Origin: Chrysomallon squamiferum
Taxonomy: Eukaryota > Animalia > Mollusca
Assembly (NCBI GenBank): GCA_012295275.1
Contig: CM022671.1
Location: 24,738,001 to 24,802,000, forward strand
Reading direction: 5' to 3'
Length of the DNA: 64,000 nucleotides
The notes beneath the pieces are model-generated. The model saw only the letters and a list, made by a program, of their open reading frames with translations. It ran no database searches and was not told where the DNA came from. The position numbers and the translations under genes are program-made. Within the stretch, counting starts at the first letter, position 1. Every line of letters starts with the position of its first letter. This document shows positions 39,319 to 54,398 of the stretch, piece by piece.

Positions 39319-39767
39319 ATGATTAATTCATATCGTTCTGTCAAGGTGTATTTTATTTTTATATGCTTTTTGGGGCTTGTTATCTCAATATTATATTATG
39401 CGAACATAGAAACTATCATAAAAGGATTTTATCGCGAAGGAATTTTATTTTCTAAGAACCATTACTACGAACAGTCATTTCATTTATTTGGAAACAACAG
39501 TATAAAATGGATTACACAAATAGAAAAAGAAGATCTGAACTTGACGTCACGAACATGGGTTCCTACCGACACCAGTACCAACATTTCAGTTTTTTCTGCA
39601 TTTTACGACGTCGACGACAACAACCTGACACTCATACGAATAATCGGTGTTGGATTAACGAAGGAAAAACATAAAGTTGCATGTGTTATACAACTTTTTG
39701 ATAATCTGACGTGTTTTGAAAATCGACCAGCTACTGTGGTAATTATGCCACATCACCATGGGAAAAG
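39319..39767 (+). CDS. GT92 first exon V3 (nearest to C1; V3+C1 = 445 aa)
   Basis: Near-copy of V2; phase-2 donor joins the acceptor at 44548 as ...HHGKR/YGSLFVDC... Confidence 0.87.
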
Positions 39768-39903
39768 GTAAAGAATGGTGCTAAAATTTCTAATTTATAT
39801 TCATCTCTATTAATAAGCTTGTTAAAACATAAGAATTAATAACTTTATAAAAAGTGGATATAGAGAGCTATGCGCTATTATTATAAGACACATATATCCA
39901 CAA

Positions 39904-39945
<42 letters not shown>

Positions 39946-40035
39946 TGATGATGATAATCAAGTTGGTTATTATAGGAGTAATGGTAATAACAATAATATT
40001 TTGGTATTCTTAATATTATTTCTTTTATTGTTATA

Positions 40036-40066
<31 letters not shown>

Positions 40067-40114
40067 TAAATTATATGATTATTATCTGGTGACATCAGAA
40101 ACCAGGTTGTGTCA

Positions 40115-40870
40115 ATGATTGCTGCTTCATAAATAAATTAAAATAAAGTGAATAAAACTGGGTAATATGTTAGTTGAATGTGCCCTATCGCCTTGGGTAA
40201 TGAAAATAACACCATTTGTCGTTTGTGTACTGTACGTACAATCGCGCTGCGTTCGTTCTGTCGCAGAAGCGCGTGCCGTTCCATTCCTGCAGAATCTTTC
40301 TGTTTCAACATGACAAAGCCAGTCCACACACCGCTAGGCTATCCACTAATCTTACTGAGCGGAACAGCATCCAGGTGTTGAACTGGCCACCAAAGTCCTC
40401 TGACTTGTCCCCAGTTGAGCATGCATGGGATCTACTGGGTCGTAGGGTTCGCGAAAACCACCCTCATATCCTTAATGTCCATGATCCGCAAATTGCTCTG
40501 AACCCGGAATCGAACGCAATTACTGATGCTGAGATTAATGATCCCATTAGAAGCACGAGACGAAGATGTGCTGCTGTCATCAATGCCGATGGTGCACACA
40601 CAAGTTATTGAGCCTCATACACCATTTAGTAGATGTACCCTCAGTTTCATCAGTTGACATTAAAGAAACGACGTTGGCACCGTGACAATGTGTTACTGCT
40701 GGCTACATTCAGAAATGCTGTATCAGTGAAATAATGTGAATAAATACATACAACATCCAGTCAGGTTTCTGTATTTATAATGTGAATAAATACATTCAAC
40801 ATCCAATCAGGTTTCTGTATTTCATACCTTGTAAGTAATTGCAAAACTTATATGCACAGAATGTATTCAG
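40115..40870 (+). mobile_element. Duplicate Tc1 remnant (left end deleted; C-terminus RRCAAVINADGAHTSY in frame)
   Basis: Same D34E segment within duplication copy 2. Confidence 0.85.
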
Positions 40871-42997
40871 ACAAAGAGTCGAACTGTCATATTCAGCTGT
40901 TACTTGCTACTAATCAATATGTTTTTACATGATTATGTCATTATATTTCATATACAAATGCCTAAGTCATTGCTGTGAACTGGAAATTGTAACAAATAAA
41001 TGAATAAGAAAAGGTTATGTTATATATGTATTCTTATAGACATGAATATCCCAAAACGAGCATAGATACAAAAGTTCATATGGATGTACATTCATGCATG
41101 TGTAAGAACGTAAATTTAACAACTACTACTACCACTACTAGTACCTCTACTGCAATGGTTATTACTACAGCTACTGCTATTACTACTAATAATAATGAAA
41201 TGAAACAATGTTGTTTTTTATCGTAAGACAATTCTGATATGATTTTACATCGTATACCACCTTTATCATTTTATCAGCTGTTGTTTAGTCGATATAGCAT
41301 TGTATTCTTAAACCCATTTCACATAACTTTACTTGCTGAAAGAGAACTGCGTGGATACTCGATAACAACTAGTGCCCAGAGACCGATTTATCAATGGCCG
41401 AGGTTTGTGAATAACTAATTAAAAAAATTCTGAATATGTGCCAGATTTACGTATGGGCTGAGCCGGCGGGTGCCATACTTTTAAAGGGCCTTGGCCTCCT
41501 GTCAAATTATTAAAAAAATAAATAAAATAAAATTGATTTTGTATGCAGCCTGGATATAAGTGCCCTGTGTGGACATCTTAATTAATACCATACGTATTAA
41601 AATAGTTACACCAATGGGTACCTATACGATTAAGACCGAATACTATATTTTACACGAAAGCAATATATTTCGATCTTTAATAGTTAAATAGTCCAATAAC
41701 AATTCTGTAAATCCTGCTATCTATGCTGCTAATAAAATATTACAACAGTACAATTCGCCCCAGTAATAATTAGATAGATAGACAGATAAAAAAATAAAAT
41801 AAATAAAATAAAATAAAATAAAATAAATAAAATAAATAAATAATTACAACAATATATAAATAAATAAATAACTATTTTTTTGTATCCCTTATGGTGTCAT
41901 ATCATTGATATCTGAAAGGTGAGAACAACCGTTTCTAGCGGAGCAGCTGTCCAAATATTTATATATAAATCACAACAAATTAACTGCATGTCGCAGAAAA
42001 ATAAGCACACATTTTGAATCTTATTTTCTAATTATAATAATTATCAGTTCACCGCATGACCACAAAATTAACATTTCAAAATATATTAGGACATGTTTTT
42101 CATTACTGTCATACTTTATTTTTAGCAAATAATTCTAAATTATTTATTCTCTGTTCGTCAAAATTATATTGCAATTTTGTACAATAAACAAACAACTGTC
42201 ACACTACTTTGAAACTGGATCTTAATTCTACAGTTGATGCTAAACTTCTGTTATGCGCTAGTATTAAACGTATAACTGTTGCTATACTTTATCAAAAAAT
42301 TGTCTGGCCATATGTTACGAAGTAAACAAGCACTGGTTTTGAATAGTCTGAAGGTACATTTACTTCACATTACAAGCAAACATTGCTCATACAGTGCAAA
42401 TTAAACAATACTGTTTTGGTGTAAACTTCAGCATTGTTTGCATTTGTGATTAGGCTGGGCCGTTGCGTTTAAACAATTTGAACTGATTTATTTAGATATT
42501 AAACAAACTATGCAGCTACTGGGACAGTTTACGCATGTAAGAAAGGACAGATTCAGGAAACCGCTTTCCTGTGTACAACTTACTACCAGACGTGAGTAGG
42601 ACTCAGCTTGATGATGATAAATTATCTGTCAGAAACAAAAGTCATTTATTTCCTCTCCGACTGACAGCAGATGTTCATAACAACAGATTGTCAGTTCTTT
42701 AGTACTTGTTTAACTAATCTCCTACACTTTATCTCATTTTTTTTTTTTTTTTTTTTTTTTTTTGATTTTATTTATTTATTTAGTTATTTCTTTCTTTATT
42801 TTACTTTTATTGTTTTATTTCTTCCTTTCCTTAGGAATAGTTTTAATTATTAATATTCATAAATTCAAAAAGATGAGTTAGCTTTGATCAGTTGTATTGA
42901 TTGCCCATCTGTGTAAGTTAAAGATAATATTGTTGAATTTTGTTTTCTGTTGATTTCAGTGTATTTTGTATTTTTAAACTTTTTTAATTTATGATTT

Positions 42998-43028
<31 letters not shown>

Positions 43029-43280
43029 AGAATTTATTGCTGTTTGTGAGTTTCATTCTCACCAATTTGATCTCATGTCATAGCTAAATTATTCTCAGTT
43101 GTTTAAAAACGATATGATCATCTGATTTTTAAAGCTCAACAGACGGATATAGCTAAAGAAAAGTACTTACGCAAGTTTAAATTAATTGTTGTAAAAACAA
43201 GTGCATAAACCGTCATTTTATTTAAGCCATTAAATATGTTTTTTCAGTCTGATCACCTCCACAGAAATGATTAACAGTCC

Positions 43281-43311
<31 letters not shown>

Positions 43312-43619
43312 TTAATTAGATACATTTTGTTTATTTACCTAAGAACTTTTCGTCATGATTAACGTTTTATGCCATTTATTTAACTAAATGAACTAAAATA
43401 TTTACTTGTATTAACAATAATTAGCATTTAATATGTTTTATATGCATAGCAGTTTCAGCTGAAGTATGGTGAACAGGTTTCTACATGAATTGTGGACAAG
43501 GTTTAAAGTTTATGAGTTTTCAGTTTTGAGCTGAGGTAATTTAATAATCAACAGGTGCAAGGGTAAACAGGATGTATCAATTTCTGTTCTTCAGCCTACC
43601 TGGTTTACCTCAGTGAAAT

Positions 43620-43732
<113 letters not shown>

Positions 43733-44547
43733 TTTTTATTTTTTGTCAGCCTTTCTTTTTCATCCTGTGTTTCTATAATTCGGTTCGGTTTAAAAAAAAA
43801 AAAAAAAAAAAAAAAAATAAAAAGGTTTTTGGTACAAGCATACTAAGTTGGGGATGTTAATAGATGCAGTAAATGTCATCTCAGAGCAAAATATACATTG
43901 GGTTAAAGAAAAACTCATTGTTTACCAGCTGTTGTAAACATTACTGATCCGTAGTTTCATTACAACAGATTTTTACAAATTGTGTGAAACTCGGAAATCT
44001 TTCACTGATATTACTAACTTTCACAGGAAGTTGCAAATAATATCGGCACTCATTTTGTCATCTAATTAACTTTTTATTTCCATAACATCATATTAAGTTT
44101 CTGTCATAAAAAGGAAAACACAAAGCATCCTTATATTCAGATGTTCTAAATAAACCCTGCTATCACATCGGGATCACAGATTAATGGACCGTAACTGACT
44201 TTGATCACTGCGTGAATGAACAGATGATGAAACAATATGTTAATGTTAAATTAATCGTGAATCAAGATCAGCGGGTCGTGAGCTAGTGGAATGTAAATCT
44301 ATTGTCTAAAAAGTTGAAGTAACAATTTTAAGATGGTTTATAACTTTACATTTTGTAAAGAGAAATCTTTTTTTTTTTTAAATGCTAAATACAAATTATT
44401 TTGATATTATGCTATATATTAGTATATGTTAAGTCATATTTTTATTCTTAAAGGGCAAACATGATTAACATATTGTTATTAATATTAAATATTTCTAGTA
44501 GTCATTAATATTCAATTCACCAGCTTCTAATTTCTTTTTAATTTCAG

Positions 44548-45436
44548 ATACGGATCATTATTTGTTGATTGCTACGTGCCAGAGTATTGGAAACCGTATG
44601 CCGTTTCAGTAATCGGAACTGACCGAACCAGATTGAAAAACAGAGTATTAATCAAGTATCCGGAACCATTTCGTTACAATATTACCGTTTGCTTATCATG
44701 CATTCATTCCAAGTTCAACAAAGACGTAGAAACAGTTCAATCCATTGAAATGGACCAAATTTTAGGAGCTGAACATTTTGTTGTCTATAAATTTTCAGTT
44801 GGGCCTAAAGTTCAAAAGACGTTCTACCATTATTCCAGTCGAGATCTCTTAGAAGTAATAGACTGGAACTTACCAGATATATCGATTCATTATTACGGAC
44901 AGATGGTGGCCATCAACGATTGTATATATTCAAACAGAGGCAAATCAGAATATGTAATAGTGAAAGATTTCGATGAAGTCATTGTTCCATACAGAGATAA
45001 AAATTTACAGACGCTCACCAACAGGCTGGCCGGAAGGAAATCGTCAGTAGCTTCTATTAATTTCCGACATTCCTTTTTCCAAAGAGGCTGGTCCATTGAC
45101 GTCGAGAATTACAATGGCAGCCTAAGAGCTAAACAGTTAGGTTTGCATTTCTTGTTGAATGTATGGCGAGAAAAATATATTTGGAAACCTAAACAAAGAA
45201 CAAAGGCAATACATCAACCTGAAAGAATACGTTTATCAGGAATCCACTTTGCTTGGAAAATGCGAAAAGGTTTCAAAGAAATAGAAGTTGATACGAAAGA
45301 AGGTTTGGTTCATCACTACAGATATTGGAAAATAGACAAACGTAAAGGCAAACTAAAGAACGATTTTCTCAGAATTTACAGTGACAGCCTCATAAAAAGA
45401 TGTAACAAAACCCTGAATATTATTCACAGTAAATAA
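44548..45436 (+). CDS. GT92 catalytic second exon C1 (beta-1,4-galactosyltransferase GALT-1-like)
   Basis: tttttaatttcag|A acceptor; motifs TVCLS, ILGAEHFVVY, HYYGQMVAINDCIY, KDFDEVIVP (DxD), HHYR; stop at 45436; AATAAA at 45662. Confidence 0.92.
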
Positions 45437-45838
45437 GTTTCATAAACATCATTTCGTTTCATTGAAAAATAACATTAGAATTGGGTTTTAAAATAACGTA
45501 AAATATTCTTTTACAATTCACCAATGTATTAGGATATTTTTGGGTCTCTAATATTATTTTATGTATAATTCTTTCATACTAATAAGAAGATTCAATATTC
45601 GTTTTACGACATAGTAAAGTATTAATAGATTCTGACGAATGTGTAAACACATATTCGAAACAATAAACAATTTATTTGGTGTCTAATAGTAACTTTTGTT
45701 ATATTTTCTTTATTTTGCTAAACTCTATAAATGTCCACCAATGCTACTAATCTGTAATATCTATCAACTGATTTAAGATACACCACACTAACTAAAAATC
45801 AGCTCTCTGATTAATGTGGGAATTGAAATTATCTCTCC

Positions 45839-45938
<100 letters not shown>

Positions 45939-46121
45939 TACAGTCATTAATGTAACATATAATCGTGCAATAATAATATAACAAAACTATTCTATCTAAT
46001 TATGAAGTAGTCTATACACAAAGGCATAACAGTTAAAGTTTTGCACTTCAAAAAAAAAAAAGAAAAGAACAAAAAAATAACAATTACTTAAGTTCCTATA
46101 GTGGACGAAACTGTTCAACGG

Positions 46122-46129
46122 TGACGTCA
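46122..46129. promoter_or_regulatory. Perfect CRE palindrome TGACGTCA upstream of V4
   Basis: Motif read directly, ~230 bp before ATG 46358; function inferred. Confidence 0.35.
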
Positions 46130-46357
46130 GGATTTCGAACTACCAAATCGAAATACCTCTCTTGTCCAATCTTGTCAGTACATAAAAGGTAAAACAATCA
46201 TACTCAAATACTCGCATTGTCACAGATGTTTCTGTAATACGTTTGATTCTATATCTAACAAATGACTGTGACCAAACAACGAGATAGGCTTTATTTAACA
46301 GATTTGTTCTGCACTTTGTTTAATAACCTCTTTTTAATTTACGTTTCATTTCAAGAA

Positions 46358-46803
46358 ATGACTTTTCATCTGCGGAGGATTTGCTGGTTAGGAATGTACG
46401 TAGTAGGGTTTCTTCTAATTATTATCTATTTAATATGGACGGACAACGAGGTTTGGAAAGACACTCTCTTTCGCGGCAGTATGGTTAGATTGAGAGGGGT
46501 AGAAAACAATACGAAAGATGCAAAAAGAATGAACTCTTCTGAAAGCGCGGGAAACATTACCGAGGAACCCGTGAATCTCACACTTCGAGAATGGGTTCCC
46601 ACTGATACCGACAAAGATTTGTTTCTGTACTCGGCATACTACGACGTCAACGACAAGAACGTAGCCCTTGTGAGAGTCATCGGGTCAGGAGTCAGAAAGG
46701 GAACGCACAAAGTAAGATGTTTATTTCAGTTGTCAGCTACCTCGCAAAATTTGGAAGCCCGGCCTGGCAGCGTGGAAATCATAAGAGAACATCATTCCAG
46801 AAA
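46358..46803 (+). CDS. GT92 first exon V4 (divergent; upstream in-frame ATG at 46262 also possible)
   Basis: TM (ICWLGMYVVGFLLIIIYLIW), WVPTDT, LYSAYYD, VRVIG; donor AA|gtaaga; no catalytic exon seen before V5. Confidence 0.82.
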
Positions 46804-47001
46804 GTAAGATTTTTTAAATATAATTTGATTAATAACAAAGATACGAATACACATATGTATACATATATTACTTACTGTCTTGTTATTGACATCTTATCTG
46901 GATTTTATACTTGAATAGCTAAAACAAGAAGAAGAACAACAAAAAAAAACAGTAAGAGAAAAAATAAAATAAAATAAATAAATAAATAAATGATAATCAA
47001 C

Positions 47002-47060
<59 letters not shown>

Positions 47061-47710
47061 TTTAATTTATAGAAATAAGAAATATGATAAAATAATTAAT
47101 TAAAGGTTCTTCCGTCTATTCCAATGAGTACACTCCCGAGTGGCAAAGAAACAACACAGTAGGCAACCAAATAAAAAAGCCGCAAATTTAAATCAGTATT
47201 GTATGTTCTTTGTTTCTGATACAGTACAAACAAGTCAACAGGCAACCGAATAAGTGACCTAAAAATGCGACAAACTTAAATCAAACTTGTATGTGGGGTT
47301 TTTCTCATATAACCAACGCCGTATCCTAGCTCGATATTCATTAAGATAACGCCTACAAAAATGCAGAAACCGTTTCAGAAATCACGCATTTTTCAGTTAC
47401 AAACAAGGACCCCCTTATCGTCGAACATTTATTGATTAATAAGTAGACCATGAAAAAATATATATAATGTGTGTGTGTGTGTGTGATATTAACAAATATG
47501 TTTTCTTGTATAATGATGACACGAGAGGCGAAATCTTTGCACATATTTGTAGGACTAGTTTTATTGATTATTAGCAATGAATTTTTAATATGCACATACA
47601 GGAAAACACACACCACGGATTTTGAGAAACCAGAGCAGAGACACGACTGGAACAATTGGTTCATTGATGATTAATCTTGTTTATTTCGCTCATTAAAGTA
47701 TCGAATTCCA

Positions 47711-47981
47711 AAACACTTAATAATAATGTTACAGTAGATATTTAGCTTAAGATATTTATTTTATTTTAAATTTTATTTATTCTATTTTTATTATTTTTAT
47801 TTTTATTATGCTTATGTTTGTTTGTTTGTTTATTAATTAATTAATTTATTAAGAAACAAACATAAACATAATAAACATAAAAATAAAAAAAATAAAAATA
47901 GAATAGATAAAACTTAAATAAAATAAATATCTTAGGCTAAATGGCGAAACATTACTGCTGTAACATTATTATTAAGTGTTT
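47711..47981. repeat. ~270-bp imperfect AT-rich palindrome (foldback)
   Basis: AAACACTTAATAATAATGTTACAG pairs with CTGTAACATTATTATTAAGTGTTT; inner arms also pair (TTTAGCTTAAGATATTTATTTTATTT / AAATAAAATAAATATCTTAGGCTAAA). Confidence 0.85.
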
Positions 47982-48650
47982 ATTCTTTTATTATTAATTG
48001 TTTATTAAGCTTTTATTCTTTTTTAATTCTTTTTATTCTGTTTATCTTTATTTTATTTTATTTTGTTTATGTTTGTTTATTTATTTATTTATTTATTTGA
48101 AATTGATCTTGGGGGATGTAACAAGGAATATGTGGAGTCAGTCGCAAATACAAAAATGAAAAGGTAATGAGATTCTGGTTTTCGCGATTTATTCTTCTGT
48201 GAAATATTTTTGAAAATAAACACACACTTAAAATATAAAGTATCGTTACCAAATAATTACATAAATATAAAATAAAATTAACAAAATTATTAAAATAAAA
48301 AATTATATAAATTATTGTTAGATATTCATGCAAAAGTAATCAGAAGACAAGTAATATTCTGCACATAGGCGACATTTTTTTTATGCTTAAGTCAAAATAT
48401 TGTAGATGATATTTAGATCAGTTGCAATAAGGAATGAGACTAATAACATAAATCTTGCACAAAATATACAATAAATATGACATGAATAAAAATGAAAATG
48501 AAAAGAAAAATGAGCCTTTCCTTTCAAATTTTATTCATCAGTATAATTTGTGGGGTTTTTTTTTGCAGTGATGTGCAACCCTGTTAAGAACACGTTGTAC
48601 TGAAAAGAATGCATATTGGCATATTCCATTAAATATAAAATAAAACAAAA

Positions 48651-48703
<53 letters not shown>

Positions 48704-48937
48704 CATACCTCAAACTGAAAACAACAAAGAATCAACATAAAGACGAAAACAACAATATAAGTCAGTGACACCAAATCAAACAGTTCACAGACTGAAACAT
48801 AATTTTCAGCCATTGTATCAAAGCATGACCATTTTTTTTTTTATTTTTTTTTTTTTTTTTTTTTTAACGTTGCCTATGGTTATTTAAGTTAAAGTGTAGA
48901 TATTAAACTTACAGGTCTTGATATATCCTTTTTTTTA

Positions 48938-48998
<61 letters not shown>

Positions 48999-49336
48999 TA
49001 ATTTGCGTAAATTTCCATGGAGCTGGTTAGGATTTATTCAGCAATATATAATTATTATTGTCAAATGCAGTTTTATAAATTCGTTCTATCTCCCAGTAAA
49101 AAGTACTTCAGTTACATGTATTATTATTATTACTTCTTTATCCTGATTAACCCTTTTTTATATATAAAATCACGCACTTCCAAATTTAGTTTGCGTGAAG
49201 TGTATTAATAGACTAAGACAATCTGAAAAATGCACGATTCTAGATTTTATTTACGTAGTTTGGATTCACATGTTAATCTCGGTCAGATAGGCATTATCAC
49301 GTTTTATGTATATATATATATATATATCATCTTCTT

Positions 49337-49375
<39 letters not shown>

Positions 49376-50479
49376 ATTCCTGCAGATCTTCGAAAAATGT
49401 TATATCCCTTATTCGAGGTCCTAGGAGAAATTAGAATGTTTAATCGACGTATTATTTTTATACGGCCGTCTATTTTATGTGAAAAAGAAAAGAAATTAAC
49501 AGGATAATATGAAATGTTTATTAAAGAAATTATAGGTCCGTGAATTAATAATAACCTGCTGTACCATGACAAAATTAAAACTGCATGTTTTGTAAAGGTT
49601 TACCTACATACACAAACGCGGTGAAACGAAACAAAAAAATTTAATGCACAATAAACGTGTCTGAACGAGATTACTATGTGAATCTAACACACATTTACTA
49701 GATTTAGAAATCCTAGCTTAATTGCTCATGAGTCTTCTTTATCTTTTGCTAATTTATTTTTATTAATGAATGAATGAATGAATGAATTTATTTATTTCTA
49801 ATTAAAAAAAAAAAAAAAAAAAAAAAAAACGTGCCACTGTATTTATGTATATTTCTGATTTCTATATCGGATACGCCTTCAGCCAAACCATCTCGGTTAA
49901 GAAACCTGACCGAGATACATTTTTACAGCTGGGTGGAATCCTCGATACAAAGGCACATACAACAAAAACGTCAAAAACTGTTGTAAGATAGAGTTCAAAA
50001 AACACAAAGCTTATAATCTACGAGGAACAATCAAAATTCATCCTGATACGGTTGACTGTTTAGTCACAAAGCATCTGAAAAAGCCGCTCGGCATTAATGG
50101 CCATAAAAAAAAAAAAGCCCTTTTTCGCGTCCATGGAGTTACAGTTTGACATTACTATTTTTGTATTTTGTATACAACACTTCATATTCGGTACGATTTT
50201 TGTAAAGTTGACAATGCATTCTCAGAAGCATGCTATCGAAGTCAAGCGTACATCCAAACCCGTCTTTATGTAGCGCACCGCTAACATCCTTGGCTATACA
50301 GCATTTTCTTTCTATTCGTAGAAGACACAAATATGGCTAAACTGTCTGTTCTACGACCTGGGATATATTCGCAAGTTTGATAGAGGCACTATATCAGAAA
50401 TACTTTACTGAGATTCAGAAAATCTAATAATCATATGTTAGTGTTTATGTTTTGTTTTTGTTTTTAATTTTATTTTTAT

Positions 50480-50587
<108 letters not shown>

Positions 50588-51038
50588 AAAAGTTAATCTA
50601 AAATACTTTGTAAATATTAAAAAAATAGGTAAAGGAAAACTGAATTATCCTCATTTAAAAAAAAAATTAAAAAATAATAATAACAAAAATCAGAATTTAA
50701 AAACAAAATCATACCTTACGTCACGTAGACTTGAGGTTATTGCTTTTGTGAACTGTAATTACAGTGCAGTTATGCATGCCATTATATACATTATATACAG
50801 TTGTCAGAAAATACCGCACAGCTAAAAAAAAAGGTAAAAATCAAAATTCACTGAAGCACGAACAGTTAAATTCGTCACAGTGTATGTAGGACACGAAGTA
50901 ACTGGCAAAGTCTTGCTAGCTTAATTTTGTATTCAGTCAAATCTGCGTTGGTTTATCTCGTAGGAGAATTTATATATATATATATATTTAAAAACAAACA
51001 GCAACATCAAAGAATTATCACGAGGAGGATTAAAAACG

Positions 51039-51544
51039 ATGAGGTTATTCAAATTTCGAAATATATTCTCGAAATCTCTTTTCCGATTTGGTTTGCCGAT
51101 CATTTTAGTAATAAATTTAATTTACCTTTTGAATTTGTTTTTGCACAAAGAAGAGAGTATTCTCAGGAAGAAAACCAATACAGTTAAATGGGATTTCCCG
51201 ATTACAAATTATTTTTCAACTTTGGGGAGTCGAGAAATCATTGCTACTGATAACGCAAGTGACCAACACAATAAAGGAAAAAGATGGATGAATTCAGTTT
51301 TCAAAAGTGATCTGAAATTAACGTCTCAAACGTGGCTTCCAGTAGACACCGACACTATTATGTTTGTGTATTCTGCATACTACGACATCGACGACAACAA
51401 TGTGCCATTTGTAAGAGTCATAGCAGCCGGACTGAAAGCGCGAAAGCAAAAAGTGATGTGTGTCATTCAGTGGTCATCTAACTCAAAATATCTCGACACG
51501 GAAATAGCCAAGGTGGAAATTATTCCTGAATCACATAAGAGAAA
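51039..51544 (+). CDS. GT92 first exon V5 (V5+C2 = 468 aa)
   Basis: TM, WLPVDT, VYSAYYD, VRVIAAG; donor AA|gtaaga in phase with the acceptor at 57411. Confidence 0.87.
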
Positions 51545-51964
51545 GTAAGATACTTTTCAATATTTAAAAAAAAAAAAAATAATAATAATAATAATAAAAT
51601 AATAATAATAATAAATAAATAATAATAAATAAATAAATAGTAAGTATATAGGTAAAAGAAATAAGCAGAGAAAGCTGCGGTCAACGATCTATTGGCTAAA
51701 TATCAGAGATCGATTAACACGTTGTTGTAACTTTATTTGAAAACTTTCAGTTGAAAACTGTCCTTCCCGTCACAGAAGGACCCGAGAAGTAGATACATTA
51801 TTTTGTTAGTCTGTTCGATTGTTTTTGTAGATATTTTAGTAAAATTCTTTTGACTTATGACTTATAGTTGTAATAATAATAATAGTTATAATAATATAAT
51901 AAAAGTAATAATAATACTAATAATGACAATAACAATAATAATAATATTAATAACAACAGTGATC

Positions 51965-52018
<54 letters not shown>

Positions 52019-52271
52019 TTATCAAAGGCCGAAGAATGTACAATTATTCATTATTACCAGCCAATATGAATAGAAACAGATTTTCCCTCTCATATCATTG
52101 TTACTGTGTCAAAATGATAATCACTTCGATGATGATAATGATGATAATAATAATATAATAATAACTAGTATTATTAATCAGCTATTCAAACGTACACACA
52201 CACACACACACATATATAATATAATATATACATATACATATACACATACACATATAATCTCACAAAAATAT

Positions 52272-52332
<61 letters not shown>

Positions 52333-53399
52333 ATTTTATATGAACGAAAGAGAGTCACTTTCAGCTGGTTTTTGTTTTGTTACTGAGCCGTCACATATGA
52401 CCAATAATTCTAAATAGTGTTTACAAATTTGAGTTTGCTTATTTTGATCCTAACAAAAACTACTTTTATATATAATTTTTTTCCCCTTCATTTATCAGTT
52501 TATCAAAGGTATGTGAATCATCTCTCTTCTGCTATTGACAGCATCTGTTGGCAAAAGTTAAAGAAAAGAAAACTGCTTGCCATTTCGAAATGCTAAGGGA
52601 AACAAAATGATACAAGTCGTTGTGGGTTGGGTTGTCCTACTTTCATAGTAACGAATAAAAATTCTGAAAGATACGCCAAGCTTGCCCGTAAAAAAATATT
52701 TAAAAGCCGATCATCTTACATTTTGTGGGATTTTTATTTAGCACGTGAATAACATATGAATATATAATGACATTTAAGTTGGTGCACATTAGTTCGAAAA
52801 ATTATAGTGCTTCGAGGTAACAAAAAATTTAGTGTGAATAAAGAATTAATAAAAGAAACAAGAATACAAAGGAAATTAAGAAGAAAAATCTGAGCAAAAG
52901 GATTTCACAAATCTTGTAAAGTCTCTAATGGATTTATAAATACATTTATTATTTCCTATTACTTAGCATCCTGTTTATCGTTGTATAATCTGGTTTATTA
53001 TCATACTGTTCTACATTTAAATCCAATGACTTAAATTACGGACCAAAATATAACAAATAGAATAAAATCTCCTAAATATCAGAAATCGAGTGACGCGTCC
53101 GATTACTTGCTTCATATAAAATCTTTCAGAAAAGAAGATGAGAAAGAAAGACGCCAGTTTCTGATACCCGGCTGACTGTTTCTCACAACAGCTTAATAAG
53201 ATTCATACTCCAATTCATTTAGCGTAATAATCTACATAGCAAGCGAAACAAAATGAGTTTTCCTTTTTCTAAGACAGGAAAGAACCTGCTGTTTATTGAC
53301 ATAGGTGGACATTAATAATTTCCACTGCATTTGCCAAAATAACATTCCTCTTTGTTTCGTTCTGTTGTTGACTACAACCAGAAATGAAGTTATAATAGC

Positions 53400-53563
53400 T
53401 GCTCGTGCAGAGTAATAGGTTATCTCACCCGCAGTCCATATCTGTCTACTCGACCCACTGACCAAACCAGCATGGGTGTCCCTAACAGAAATCAAACCTC
53501 CTACAGGCATAGTCCGCTGGATCACTGAAATATACAAGCCCCCTTATCCCACCAAGGAATGGA
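53400..53563 (-). mobile_element. 5' terminal fragment of an RTE-clade non-LTR retrotransposon (or RTE-derived SINE)
   Basis: Minus strand CCTTGGTGGG.TAAGGGGGCTTG...TCAGTGATCC...CTATGCC...TAGGGACACCCATGCTGG resembles the conserved RTE/BovB 5' end as recalled. Confidence 0.5.
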
Positions 53564-54332
53564 TTAAGAAGTGGAGCAAATTATTGTTATTTTTTTATTA
53601 TTATTTTTTAAAGTCCATGTTGGGGCTTAAAAGAAAACCAGTTGATGTTATTCGTTAAAAATGATTCAGAGTTTTTTTTTTTTTTTTTTTTTAATATATA
53701 TTGCTAATGAAATTTTCCTCTTTTTTTTTAAATTTATTTATTTATTTTATTAAATTTATTTATGGATATTTAAATCTCTCCGCCGTCAGACCCTTTTTCT
53801 CCCCACAGAATAGGCAAGTTGATATACCATCGCTTAACACTTGAATCCGTAATAATAGCTTCAGCCCGCGGGTAATTGGTGCGAGACTGTTTCCACGAAA
53901 AGCTTTACTGATTTTTTCTGGAATTCATGTCTTGTCACTGACAAGGAAATTCTAGAGGTTTTAGCTGATATAATGAAGGTATCTGTTTACATCTTTAATC
54001 GCGACAATTTATGTAGAATTCTTTTGTTAAACAGAGTTTTTCTTATGGCTATTTACCTTATTTTGACATAAATATATCCTGGTTAGTAAAATAAAAAATG
54101 GCAAGATGTGACAAGGTGAATTTGTATGTTTCTGTAAAAGTAACAAATAAATTGTTATTTAAGAACTGTATTTAAAAAAAAAAAAAATGTATATATATAT
54201 ATATATACTGCCAACGAAACCAATACGCGTAAAACTACCATTGAGCAATGACCTGAACATAAGGTGTTTATTCATTTTTTAAAATTATTTATATGTTTTT
54301 TTAAAGCATATTTTCGTTTAATTACAATTAAA

Positions 54333-54398
<66 letters not shown>

